IMG/VR virus record: IMGVR_UViG_3300004209_000003 | Span: 1 to 29,105 of that record | Direction: 5' to 3' (one strand) | DNA: 29,105 nucleotides | Origin: a virus | Lineage: Duplodnaviria; Caudoviricetes | Part shown: piece by piece, positions 1 to 8,323 of the stretch | How the letters are laid out: each line of letters begins with the position of its first letter | Position numbering within the stretch: position 1 is the stretch's first letter | Notes under the pieces: generated by a model | What the model was told of the DNA's origin: nothing | The model's database searches: none | What the model saw: only the letters and a program-made list of their open reading frames with translations | Made by a program: the position numbers and the translations under genes

Positions 1-2
1 CC

Positions 3-911
3 AATGATGCGGGGTGGTATTTTACAGATTTTGAAAATGACAATCTCTGGTATCTGCCCAATGGCAGTACTCAGGAAGTGGCTGTTTTAGACAGTGAGAT
101 TCCCCCGGGGCTTTTCTCGCTGACTTATCTGGATTCCCGCCATGAAATCTATGCCCTCAACAGTGCAGGGGGCTGGCCCTTTGGCGGCACCCCTGGGGTG
201 TACCTGATTCAGCCCAATGGAACCGCCAAATTACTGGCTGAAGCTGACAAAGATACCAATTTTGGCAGTCTGGCCGCTGGCGGTGGGCAATTTGACAAGG
301 CCTTGTTTTGGACGGATCCCAGCAAGAACCGGATTCTCAAAGGGGGGCCAGAGTATTCTGCTCCTGTTCCCTATCTGACGGGGGTTCCCAAACCCGGCTA
401 TCTGGCCTTTAGCCCGCAGGGAGATCGCCTTTTGACCGTTGTCAATGAAGGCAAAGGCCTGCTTTGGGTGGGCCCCAATCTGGGAACGCCGAAACCTTCA
501 GCGTCCGCTACGCCCAGCCCCACGGCCTCGGTTATACCTGCGGCAGATCAACTGATCTTTGACAATGGCAATATTCTTGCCGTTTTTAACCGCCCGACTG
601 CTGCAACCACCTTTCATCTTGAGAAGGCCACGCTGATTACCTATCTGCAAACCTATCACTGGAATGAAGGTCAGGGCTCGACAGGAGGCACAGTCTCGCT
701 TGAAGACAATTCAGGCAAAATTTATGGCCCCTGGAAAGTTCAAACCCGCCCAGGTCAGGGAGGGGTACCCAATGCCTATTGGTTTGCAGAACCCCAGGTG
801 ATTGTGCCCGCAGGGACTTACCATGTGCTGGATTCTGAACCCTCTACCTGGTCGCAGAACAGCGCCAATGGAGGACAAGGCATGGCCTTGGTGCGGGGCA
901 TTCCGCAATAA
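3..911 (+). CDS. Host protein, 5' partial; probable beta-propeller (NHL/SMP-30-like) region, Pro/Ser/Thr linker and C-terminal beta domain
   Basis: Frame is open from position 3 (NDAGWYFTDFENDNLWYL...), so the start lies upstream of the window. Blade-like motifs WYFTD, LFWTDPSKNRI and LAFSPQGDRL. Linker PKPSASATPSPTAS. Confidence 0.55.
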   Translation, partial: NDAGWYFTDFENDNLWYLPNGSTQEVAVLDSEIPPGLFSLTYLDSRHEIYALNSAGGWPFGGTPGVYLIQPNGTAKLLAEADKDTNFGSLAAGGGQFDKALFWTDPSKNRILKGGPEYSAPVPYLTGVPKPGYLAFSPQGDRLLTVVNEGKGLLWVGPNLGTPKPSASATPSPTASVIPAADQLIFDNGNILAVFNRPTAATTFHLEKATLITYLQTYHWNEGQGSTGGTVSLEDNSGKIYGPWKVQTRPGQGGVPNAYWFAEPQVIVPAGTYHVLDSEPSTWSQNSANGGQGMALVRGIPQ

Positions 912-933
912 CTTCCCCAATATAATTTCTTAC

Positions 934-971
934 AAAAACAAACGGAAGTACTGCTTCCGTTTGTTTTTTTT
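934..971 (+). terminator. Rho-independent terminator of the host gene, possibly bidirectional
   Basis: AAAAACAAACGGAAG-TACTG-CTTCCGTTTGTTTTT is a perfect 15-bp inverted repeat ending in a T8 run, 22 bp after the stop codon. Confidence 0.85.
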
Positions 972-979
972 ATCCGGGT

Positions 980-1148
980 TGTTAGCAATCAACTGATCTG
1001 AGACACAAACGTGATATGGCGTGATGAGCTGTGAAGTGATGTGATGACGCGGGTCACACCCCCATCAAAAAGCCCCAAACCAATTTGAGACACTTTTGCG
1101 CCAGAAGCAAAAAACCGGCTTTTCGTGCAACTGATTTGAGACACTTTG
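980..1148 (+). repeat. Prophage left end (attL) with three putative transposase-binding sites
   Basis: TG at 980, then CAACTGATCTGAGACAC (990-1006), AAACCAATTTGAGACAC (1077-1093) and CAACTGATTTGAGACAC (1128-1144). The long L1-L2 gap resembles Mu attL. Confidence 0.75.
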
Positions 1149-1190
1149 ATTTTCTTAAATGAGGCGTTTAAATGGCGTTTGAACACTCGT

Positions 1191-1718
1191 TTAAAATTTG
1201 CAATCCCGAACAATAATGTTCATAGAGAAATCATCGATGGTACCTTCAACAGTGATGGGTTGGCCTTTATTGAGCTTTGTTAGTTTGTCAGCCTCTTTCT
1301 TTTTAAAAAGACACTGAAGGCTGGGTATTTCAATTTGCTCACCAGAGCCAAAAGTAAAGTACGGGTTGCCCAGAAAATCATCTCCTATGGAGGAGACAAA
1401 TCCTTTGATGATAAAGCGTTTCCCCTTGTATTCTTGTTCAGCTTTTAGCTTGTTATTGTCGTAGACCTTAATGATTTGAGAGGCTGTAACCGTTGCCAGC
1501 TTGGCCTTCTCTTCAGCTGCTTTGGTCGCTTCCATTTTTTGTCTGTATTTCTCTTTTGCAGCTTCTTGTTCTTCGGATTTTTTTACTTCAATTTCGGCTT
1601 GTTGCTCAGCTTTTTTTCTTTCTTCTGGTGACTGCATAGCGACACCGATAATTGAAACGACCACCAACAGCAAAAACAACGCCCCAAATATGGTCAAACA
1701 GCCCTTTAAGAATTTCAT
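1191..1718 (-). CDS. Membrane-anchored OB-fold protein (tRNA_anti-like family), left-end accessory gene
   Basis: N-terminal TM helix and coiled coil, then TASQIIKVYDNNKLKAEQEYKGKRFIIKGFVSSI...LNKGQPITVEG, a pattern typical of tRNA_anti-like OB proteins. AGGAG Shine-Dalgarno (SD) upstream. Confidence 0.7.
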   Translation of the reverse strand: MKFLKGCLTIFGALFLLLVVVSIIGVAMQSPEERKKAEQQAEIEVKKSEEQEAAKEKYRQKMEATKAAEEKAKLATVTASQIIKVYDNNKLKAEQEYKGKRFIIKGFVSSIGDDFLGNPYFTFGSGEQIEIPSLQCLFKKKEADKLTKLNKGQPITVEGTIDDFSMNIIVRDCKF

Positions 1719-1809
1719 ATTGTCAGCTCCTTATATTTTTCGCTTAAAATTATCCCATAAGATAATTGCGAGATCTAGAGAGGCCAACAAAACCGAACCA
1801 TAGCCCCGA

Positions 1810-2055
1810 TTAAATGTATTTTTTTAAAACTTGTTCAAGTTCATCTAAGACTTGAATCTTTTGTTCTTCCTTTGTATCCAACATCAAACATTGGAGTGTA
1901 ATCAACTCTTGTTTGTGATTTTCAAGGCCCTTTGTAATATCGATGATTACTATATTGGAGCCTGTTTTTAAATGTGATTTATCCACTGTGCTCTCCAAAG
2001 ATTCTGTGTACATCAGCAAGCTGCTAGTTTGAGGGCGACAGAAATGATTATACAC
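1810..2055 (-). CDS. Hypothetical protein (start uncertain, possibly ATG 2013)
   Basis: AT-rich ORF co-oriented with the repressor. A perfect minus-strand TATAAT at 2047-2052 overlaps the GTG start. Confidence 0.35.
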   Translation of the reverse strand: MYNHFCRPQTSSLLMYTESLESTVDKSHLKTGSNIVIIDITKGLENHKQELITLQCLMLDTKEEQKIQVLDELEQVLKKYI

Positions 2056-2091
2056 GTTTATACATTACGTATAAACCATCACATTTAAATT

Positions 2092-2508
2092 TCAGTCTTT
2101 TTGAAGTTCTTTAACCATCCTTTCCAGTTCATTCATTCTCACCGCATCTTGAACCTTGGAAAGCATTTCAGCGATTGCAACACCGCGCTTTTCTTCATCA
2201 ATTTGAAGTAGTAAATCAAACAATCGTTTCATTTTTTCTTGAACTTCTGACAGTTGCCCAGGTAAAACCTGAGAGTCTGTTGAACTGTCAGCCATTGCCA
2301 TAGATCCTTCCCCGGTTAAAAGCCAATTGATATTTACACCAGTTTCTGCAATTGCAGCTAAGGCTTCTCCTCCAGGAGTGTTTTTGCCCTGTTCATATTT
2401 TTTAAAGACACCTATATGTACCCTTATTTGCTCTGCAAATTTTTCTTGGGTTAAACCTAAATGCTTCCTCCACTGCTTGAGGCGGGCACCAATTAGTTCC
2501 GACCTCAT
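2092..2508 (-). CDS. c: Prophage repressor, XRE-family helix-turn-helix
   Basis: IGARLKQWRKHLGLTQEKFAEQI...YEQGKNTPG...INWLLTGEGSM is a classic XRE HTH. Divergent from ner/A. ATG at 2508 preferred over the track start at 2529. Confidence 0.85.
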   Translation of the reverse strand: MRSELIGARLKQWRKHLGLTQEKFAEQIRVHIGVFKKYEQGKNTPGGEALAAIAETGVNINWLLTGEGSMAMADSSTDSQVLPGQLSEVQEKMKRLFDLLLQIDEEKRGVAIAEMLSKVQDAVRMNELERMVKELQKD

Positions 2509-2629
2509 ACTAAAAAGGTCGGAACCCAATTGCTTGAAACAAAGAACTGTTCCGACCTTCGTCTTTTCCTTTTGCAGTGCGGGTTACAAGGATTTCAGAC
2601 ATATAAAGGTCGGAACAAAAGGTCGGAAC
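2496..2629. promoter_or_regulatory. Five exact copies of AGGTCGGAAC (operator or transposition enhancer)
   Basis: Minus-strand copies at 2496-2505 and 2549-2558. Plus-strand copies at 2516-2525, 2607-2616 and 2620-2629. Confidence 0.75.
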
Positions 2630-2658
2630 AAAAAGATACATATAGTTCCCCTTACGTA

Positions 2659-2688
2659 TTGACAAGGATGCAAATAAGTTCCTAAAAT
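2659..2688 (+). promoter_or_regulatory. Early lytic promoter (Pe-like), sigma70 type
   Basis: TTGACA (2659-2664), 18-nt spacer, TAAAAT (2683-2688), upstream of the ner-like gene. Confidence 0.7.
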
Positions 2689-2746
2689 AAGATATGTAAT
2701 ATTTCATGGTTTCTCACAGTATTTCATATCTCACAGAGAGAGCAAA

Positions 2747-2959
2747 ATGGCAACCAAAAAAATAAAAACAATTGAGGAAGTCAGAGACGACTTTCGGAGG
2801 AAGGGTCTAACGATTAGATCCTGGGCCGCCAAGCATGGCGTCAGCGAGCGCACGACTTATGCAGTCATCTCTGGTGAAAACAAAGGCAATTATGGAAATG
2901 CCCACAAAATTGCTGTTTTGTTGGGTTTAAAAGATGGAGAAATAAATGCAGCTTGTTGA
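2747..2959 (+). CDS. ner: Ner-like DNA-binding regulator (BcepMu gp16-like)
   Basis: EEVRDDFRRKGLTIRSWAAKHGVSERTTYAVISG...GNAHKIAVLLGLKDG. First gene of the early operon. Confidence 0.8.
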   Translation: MATKKIKTIEEVRDDFRRKGLTIRSWAAKHGVSERTTYAVISGENKGNYGNAHKIAVLLGLKDGEINAAC

Positions 2960-4880
2960 TAGCACCACAATCGGAACAGCTTTATCAATGACGTCCAGAG
3001 GTGTAAGAAAACGCGCTCAGCGTGAGTCTTGGGAATACTCTGAAAGACAATCAAACGGTGGGGCGCAGCAAGTTTATCATTTTGAGGCTTTGCCTTCAGA
3101 AGTCCAAGCAAAAGTCGCATTACACTTGCTTCAAACGGGTCAGATTAAACCTGCTGAATCCCCAGATCAAACTCCCAAAACAGTCAAACGCAGTGCTTCA
3201 GGCTATGACCGTGACTCACTTTGGAGCTGGTACGACAGCCGCCCCCAAACCATCAAAGACGAAGGCACGCGCCGCGCTGGCTATTGTTTGAAAGTCCGGG
3301 CTTTGCTCGATTCGGGTCTCAAAGTCCGACCAGCTTTGGCCGAAGTGGCCCGCGTCGAAGGCGTCTCGCTGGCTTCGCTCAAACGCTGGTGGTATGGCGA
3401 TACCCTGATCATTGGGGCCGCCAATGTAGACCGCACAGATTTCGCCGCCGCCTTGGCTCCCCGCTATGCTGGCTGCCAAGACTATGCGGAATTTAGCCAA
3501 GACGCTTGGGACTGGATCAAAGCTGACTGGCTTCGCCCAGAACAGCCCTCGGCTGCGGCTGTCTACCGCCGAGCCCAAAGCATTGCAAAACAAAATGAGT
3601 GGGCCTTGCCCAGTTTGGCCACAGTCAAACGCCGCCTGGAGGCATTGCCTTGGCAGGTGCGCGTGCTGGCCCGTGAAGGCGAAGAAGCCCTCAAACGGAT
3701 GTTACCCCACGTCACTCGCAACAAAAGCAGTCTGCACGCCCTCGAAGTGGTCAACGCCGATGGCCATATCTTCGATCTGCGCGTGACCCTTCCCTCTGGT
3801 GAAGTGGGCCGCCCGGTTTTGGTGGCCTGGCAGGACATCTACAGTGGCAAAATTTTGGCGTGGCGCGTGGGCGAGACCCTGAATCAACACATTGTGCGCC
3901 TGGCTTTCGGGGATGTCGTTGAAAAATATGGTGTACCTGAGCATTGCTTCCTCGACAATGGCCGCGAATTTGCCAATAAATGGCTCACAGGCGGGGCCAA
4001 AACCCGCTTCCGATTCACCATTCGAGAGGATGATCCCATCGGGATTTTCACCCAATTGGGCATCAATGTTCACTGGACCACGCCCTACCATGGCCAATCC
4101 AAACCCATCGAACGTGCTTTTCTGGATTTATGTGAAGGAATATCCCGGCACCCCGCTTGCAGTGGGGCATATACAGGCAACAGCCCTGTTACCAAGCCCA
4201 GCAATTACGGCTCACGGGCATTGACCTGGGATGAATTCTTGGCTGTGGTTCAAGAGGGCATCACCGAACACAATGCCCGCACGGGCCGCCGCTCACAAAC
4301 CGCCAACGGGCGCTCTTTTGAACAGACCTTTGCAGAGTCTTATGCCACCAGCATGATTCGCAAAGCCACCGCCGAACAGCGCCGTCTCTGGCTCTTGGCT
4401 GCCGAGGGCGTCACCGTCATTCAAAGCGGCCATGTTGCCATCTTGAAAAATCTGTACTGGGGTGAAGCCGTTGCTGGCTTGGCCGGGCGCAAAGTCGTGG
4501 TGCGCTTTGATTCCGACAATCTCTCTTTGCCGGTCCACGTCTACGATTTGGCTGGTGAATACATTGGAGAAGCCTCTTGCACCCAGGCCAACTTTCTGGA
4601 TGCCCAAGCGGCCAAAGACCATGCCCGCGCCAACCGCCAAAAAATCAAAGCAGCAAAGGCGCAGCTTGACGCTGAACGCAAAATGGATGCCATCGAAGCC
4701 GCTCAGGCCCTGCCCAATGTGGTGCCCATGGAACGCCCTGCATCCAGCGTGATTGTGCCCATGTTCGAGAAGGCGCAAAAGGTCGCCAATGGCCCGGATG
4801 TAGATGAAATGCCCTCAGATGAGCGCTACATCTTGGACATCTTGAGCCGGATGCCCCGCCGCACAGAAGAAGATTTTTAA
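2946..4880 (+). CDS. A: Mu-like DDE transposase (MuA)
   Basis: N-terminal Mu winged HTH (GVRKRAQRESW...YHFEALPSEVQ). Catalytic NADGH, FLDNGREF and SKPIER motifs. C-terminal VVVRFD. Confidence 0.95.
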   Translation: MQLVDSTTIGTALSMTSRGVRKRAQRESWEYSERQSNGGAQQVYHFEALPSEVQAKVALHLLQTGQIKPAESPDQTPKTVKRSASGYDRDSLWSWYDSRPQTIKDEGTRRAGYCLKVRALLDSGLKVRPALAEVARVEGVSLASLKRWWYGDTLIIGAANVDRTDFAAALAPRYAGCQDYAEFSQDAWDWIKADWLRPEQPSAAAVYRRAQSIAKQNEWALPSLATVKRRLEALPWQVRVLAREGEEALKRMLPHVTRNKSSLHALEVVNADGHIFDLRVTLPSGEVGRPVLVAWQDIYSGKILAWRVGETLNQHIVRLAFGDVVEKYGVPEHCFLDNGREFANKWLTGGAKTRFRFTIREDDPIGIFTQLGINVHWTTPYHGQSKPIERAFLDLCEGISRHPACSGAYTGNSPVTKPSNYGSRALTWDEFLAVVQEGITEHNARTGRRSQTANGRSFEQTFAESYATSMIRKATAEQRRLWLLAAEGVTVIQSGHVAILKNLYWGEAVAGLAGRKVVVRFDSDNLSLPVHVYDLAGEYIGEASCTQANFLDAQAAKDHARANRQKIKAAKAQLDAERKMDAIEAAQALPNVVPMERPASSVIVPMFEKAQKVANGPDVDEMPSDERYILDILSRMPRRTEEDF

Positions 4881-4897
4881 ATAACGGAGGTCTGTTT

Positions 4898-5044
4898 ATG
4901 CCTATGAATCAGTTTTTGTCTTTGCTTAACGGCTTGGAGGGCTGGGAGTTGATCTCAGTCGAAACCATCGAGCAAGAAATCATGACCCTGATCGCTGAAT
5001 TTCAGCACACCTTGGAACTGGTGGAGGCTCACTATGCAGCCTAA
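4898..5044 (+). CDS. Small acidic hypothetical protein, 48 aa (not in ORF track)
   Basis: GGAGG SD, then MPMNQFLSLLNGLEGWELISVETIEQEIMTLIAEFQHTLELVEAHYAA*. Stop overlaps the next start region. Confidence 0.6.
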   Translation: MPMNQFLSLLNGLEGWELISVETIEQEIMTLIAEFQHTLELVEAHYAA

Positions 5045-5282
5045 AACCGCAATGGGCAAACGTAGAATCTATGCGATTGATGTATTCATTGCCCCCGATG
5101 AAAAAGGGGATCTTGGATTTTCTGTTTCATTAGAAGCAAGCCAAGCTTGGCTTGAATTGCTTGCAGAAGAAGGTGGCCGGTCGCTTGCTGCCGCTGCCCA
5201 AAAGAAGATTTTGCCATCTATTGGGAAAGCCTTTACAAAATCGCATTCCAAGCTTCCTAAAAAGGGGGTGAGCCAATCATGA
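5034..5282 (+). CDS. Hypothetical protein
   Basis: GGAGG SD. ATGA coupling to the next ORF. Confidence 0.6.
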   Translation: MQPKTAMGKRRIYAIDVFIAPDEKGDLGFSVSLEASQAWLELLAEEGGRSLAAAAQKKILPSIGKAFTKSHSKLPKKGVSQS

Positions 5283-5608
5283 CCATTGAAACCACCTACC
5301 ACACCGCCAATCTGCTCAGCACGGCATTCTTTTGCGGTGCCTTTGCTGGCCTCTTTGGTTTTGCCTGGGGCTGGGAATCGGCCCAAGAACAACAGAGAAA
5401 GGAGATCTCGATGGTAGAAGTTGAAATCGTTAAAAACCATGGTTATGAGAATGCTGAAACCGTCATGGTTCTTGAGTCTGAGAGCGCCGAAACTGCCGCG
5501 AAAAAACTGACTAAGTTGGGCTTTTTCCAGCACAGCGAAACACTCTTTTTTTCTGGCGACCAGCCCGATGTCTGGGCTGTGCTGTCTGAATCCGTTCCTG
5601 CTGCATGA
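5279..5608 (+). CDS. Hypothetical protein with N-terminal TM segment
   Basis: Hydrophobic LLSTAFFCGAFAGLFGFAWGW, then an acidic region. ATGA coupled. Confidence 0.6.
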   Translation: MTIETTYHTANLLSTAFFCGAFAGLFGFAWGWESAQEQQRKEISMVEVEIVKNHGYENAETVMVLESESAETAAKKLTKLGFFQHSETLFFSGDQPDVWAVLSESVPAA

Positions 5609-5657
5609 AAAAAGGCCCATGAAGGGCCGAGGGTAAAAATATCAATCTGAGGTAATT

Positions 5658-6605
5658 ATGACAGAAAAAACGTCCGAAACCAAACCCAAAGCACCTGAAT
5701 CCGCGACACTCAAACAAGTGAGAGCCGAGATAGACAAACGCGGAATCACCCAAGGCCAAGTGGCCCGTGAGATCGGGCTCAGCCCCACCACGCTGACCCA
5801 ATTGCTCAACGGCACGTATGGAGCAGACCCTTCCAACCAGCTCGAAAAGATTGTGCGCTGGCTTTTGGCCCTGAAAGATCAGGACCATGTCAGAGGGCAA
5901 TTGCCTTCTGTCCCAGACTTTGTGCTGACACCCACTTCATCGCGGGTCATGGCTGCGCTGGGTTACGCCAAGCTGGCTGGAGATATTGCCGTGATTTATG
6001 GTGGGGCGGGCCTGGGCAAAACCACCACTGTGCGGGAATTTCAGCGCAGCTATCCCAATGTTTGGATCGCAACCATGAGCCCAGCCAAAGCCAGTGTTGC
6101 CGCAGCATTTGAAGAGCTGTGTGTCGCTGTCGGTTTTCGCTCTCCCGCAATGGGTGCAGCCCGGCAACAGCGAGACATCGAGCGCCGCCTTGCAGGCACC
6201 GAGGGCCTGCTAATAATCGACGAAGCTCAACACTTAAGCATTCCAGCGCTCGACGCAATTCGGGCCATTCATGACGCCACAGGCGTGGGTATTGCTCTGG
6301 TGGGCAATGAGGCTGTCTATGCCCGCATGACAGGTGGCAATCGTGCGGCCTATCTGGATCGCTTGTTCAGCCGCATCGGTAAAAAGGTCAAGCTGCAACA
6401 CCCCACATCCACAGATGTTGAAACCTTGGCTGGTGTCTTTAACATCACCGAAAAAGAGTCCATTGTTTTGCTCTGCCAGATTGGGGCTAAAGCGGGCGCA
6501 CTTCGTTCAGTCGTTAAAATTCTGCGCCTGGCAACCATGAAAGCTGAAGGGAAAACCCCTGATGCAGTCCACATCAGAGAAGCCTTGAAGGAGCTGGGTG
6601 TATGA
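5658..6605 (+). CDS. B: MuB-like AAA+ transposition ATPase with N-terminal HTH
   Basis: HTH ITQGQVAREIGLSPTTLTQLLNGTY, Walker A GGAGLGKT, Walker B LLIIDEAQ, and LFSRIG. Confidence 0.95.
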   Translation: MTEKTSETKPKAPESATLKQVRAEIDKRGITQGQVAREIGLSPTTLTQLLNGTYGADPSNQLEKIVRWLLALKDQDHVRGQLPSVPDFVLTPTSSRVMAALGYAKLAGDIAVIYGGAGLGKTTTVREFQRSYPNVWIATMSPAKASVAAAFEELCVAVGFRSPAMGAARQQRDIERRLAGTEGLLIIDEAQHLSIPALDAIRAIHDATGVGIALVGNEAVYARMTGGNRAAYLDRLFSRIGKKVKLQHPTSTDVETLAGVFNITEKESIVLLCQIGAKAGALRSVVKILRLATMKAEGKTPDAVHIREALKELGV

Positions 6606-6958
6606 CAGTAAAAACCAAAGTTCACCCAGTTGAGCAAGCCCTTCTTGATGCTATTAAAAAGTCCAAGGCCGAAATTGAAAAAATCCAATCAGATTTGGAT
6701 AGCAACCCTGATTTAGAATTGTTTCGTCTTAAAGGAAAGCGCATAGAAATTGAGTATGGTTTAGCTCCAGCCAAAGAGCGGTTAACACAATTGGCTGAAA
6801 TCGAAGAGCAGATTACCAAACTTGAAAAAAAGTGTAAGCGCTTCAATGTTTCTGATGCTGTGGATAAACAAATAGCTTTAGAACACGATGTCTACTTACT
6901 TGAGCGCGAGTTGACTCTCTTTCGCTTTCGGTATTCTCCAACCGATGAGGAGGATTAA
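6602..6958 (+). CDS. Hypothetical coiled-coil protein
   Basis: ATGA overlap with B. Helical, charged composition. Confidence 0.6.
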   Translation: MTVKTKVHPVEQALLDAIKKSKAEIEKIQSDLDSNPDLELFRLKGKRIEIEYGLAPAKERLTQLAEIEEQITKLEKKCKRFNVSDAVDKQIALEHDVYLLERELTLFRFRYSPTDEED

Positions 6959-6962
6959 GCCA

Positions 6963-7322
6963 ATGCCTCTTTCACCCAAAATCTGCCACTGTACACAGCC
7001 GCCCCACTTCTGCTCATGCCCCACCAATTGGGCCAAGTGCTCCACTTGCGGAGCCGACATCACCTGGGTCAAAACCCGGAATGATAAACCCATGCCCATC
7101 AATGGCCACATCCGCACAGGCTTTTTTGAGCACGGTACCCACGTTCCCCACTTCAGCACCTGCCCTGAACATGCCCAGCACCGGCGCAAGAAAACCGCTG
7201 AAGCGAATATCAGCACCATGCGCAGGGCAGCTCAAACGGTCAAACAGCCGGTCCAGCTAGATCTCTTTGCTTCTTCTGCTCTCGAAAATATACGCGAAAC
7301 TCTGAAAGGCGGCCACAAGTGA
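6963..7322 (+). CDS. Cys/His-rich putative zinc-binding phage protein
   Basis: GAGGAGG SD before ATG 6963. CSTCGADITWVKT...KPMPI...HFSTCP pattern. Confidence 0.65.
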   Translation: MPLSPKICHCTQPPHFCSCPTNWAKCSTCGADITWVKTRNDKPMPINGHIRTGFFEHGTHVPHFSTCPEHAQHRRKKTAEANISTMRRAAQTVKQPVQLDLFASSALENIRETLKGGHK

Positions 7323-7540
7323 AAGACATGAGCAGAATTATCTTGGAAAAAAACCAAGCATTTGAGCGGGAATGCGCTAAAGCAGTAGTGCAAATAAATC
7401 GAATGGTAGACGAGTCAAACCAGGCGCTTGCTAAGGCTTTGCCTATTGCAATACGCGAAATAAATCGAATGATAAACGAGTCAAACCAGGCATTTGCTAA
7501 GGCTTTTAATACTAACTTGAAAGGCGGTCCCAAATCATGA
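7319..7540 (+). CDS. Hypothetical protein with 22-aa internal repeat
   Basis: GTGA/ATGA coupling at both ends. INRMVDESNQALAKA / INRMINESNQAFAKA. Confidence 0.55.
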   Translation: MKDMSRIILEKNQAFERECAKAVVQINRMVDESNQALAKALPIAIREINRMINESNQAFAKAFNTNLKGGPKS

Positions 7541-7884
7541 GTACTTTAAACAAAGCTATCTTTACCCCGACTGTCATTGTTGGCATTTACAAACATGATC
7601 AATTCGGCACCTATCATCTGCGGAATCTGCGCACAGGTCAGATGCTCAATCGGGGTTATTCAACCATCGACGAAGCCCGGTTGGTTCAGGAGCTGCTTGA
7701 AAACAATCCTGATGGCCTTTCTGAAGAGGCGCGTCAGTCATTCTCTGCGGTTTATCAGCCGGAGTCAGAGAGGGGCCTGGATGCCTTGATTAAAGTCTTG
7801 GCCAGTGAACTTGCGGAATGGGAAAAACTCAGCAATAGCTTTACCTTTAACCTGGAGGCTGCCAATGCAAGGCTCTCAAGGTAA
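7537..7884 (+). CDS. Hypothetical protein
   Basis: Coupled ORF in the semi-essential early region. Confidence 0.55.
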   Translation: MSTLNKAIFTPTVIVGIYKHDQFGTYHLRNLRTGQMLNRGYSTIDEARLVQELLENNPDGLSEEARQSFSAVYQPESERGLDALIKVLASELAEWEKLSNSFTFNLEAANARLSR

Positions 7885-8323
7885 GGATTTCGCCCGCAAA
7901 AAAGACCTGGCTATCATCCACGCGGCCAAGAAGCGCATGGGCCTGGATGACGAATCTTACCGCGATCTGCTCGAAGGAGTGACCAGCAAAGGCGGTACCA
8001 AACAGGGGAAGCGCTCAGCCGCAGATCTGACAGCCTCTGAACGCCAAGCTGTCATTGCTGAAATGGAGCGCCTTGGTGGCCAAACAGCCCCCCGTCTCAA
8101 GGGCAAAAGAATCCAGCCCGCCGATGAACGGGCACCATTGCTATCCAAGGTCTATGCCCTGCTTTACCATCTCGATCTCTCCATCGAATACGCCTTGGGT
8201 ATTCTCAAACAGATGTTCAAAGACAAAGCCCCAGCCCGTTTGGAGTGGGCCAATTCCAGCCAGCTGCATAAACTGGTAGCGGCCTTGGAGTACCACAAGA
8301 AACGGAGCGCGGCCAAGCAATGA
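7865..8323 (+). CDS. gemA: GemA / Mu gp16-like protein (DUF1018)
   Basis: LAIIHAAKKRMGLDDESYRDLL...GKRSAADLT...QLHKLVAALE. GGAGG SD before ATG 7865. Confidence 0.9.
   Translation: MQGSQGKDFARKKDLAIIHAAKKRMGLDDESYRDLLEGVTSKGGTKQGKRSAADLTASERQAVIAEMERLGGQTAPRLKGKRIQPADERAPLLSKVYALLYHLDLSIEYALGILKQMFKDKAPARLEWANSSQLHKLVAALEYHKKRSAAKQ

Noticed and set aside
990-1144. IS element or integrase att site
   Set aside because: Direct repeats with Mu-end spacing, no separate IS transposase or integrase. Explained by MuA sites.
2496-2629. CRISPR-like array
   Set aside because: Repeats are only 10-13 bp, in mixed orientation with irregular spacing, and there are no cas genes.
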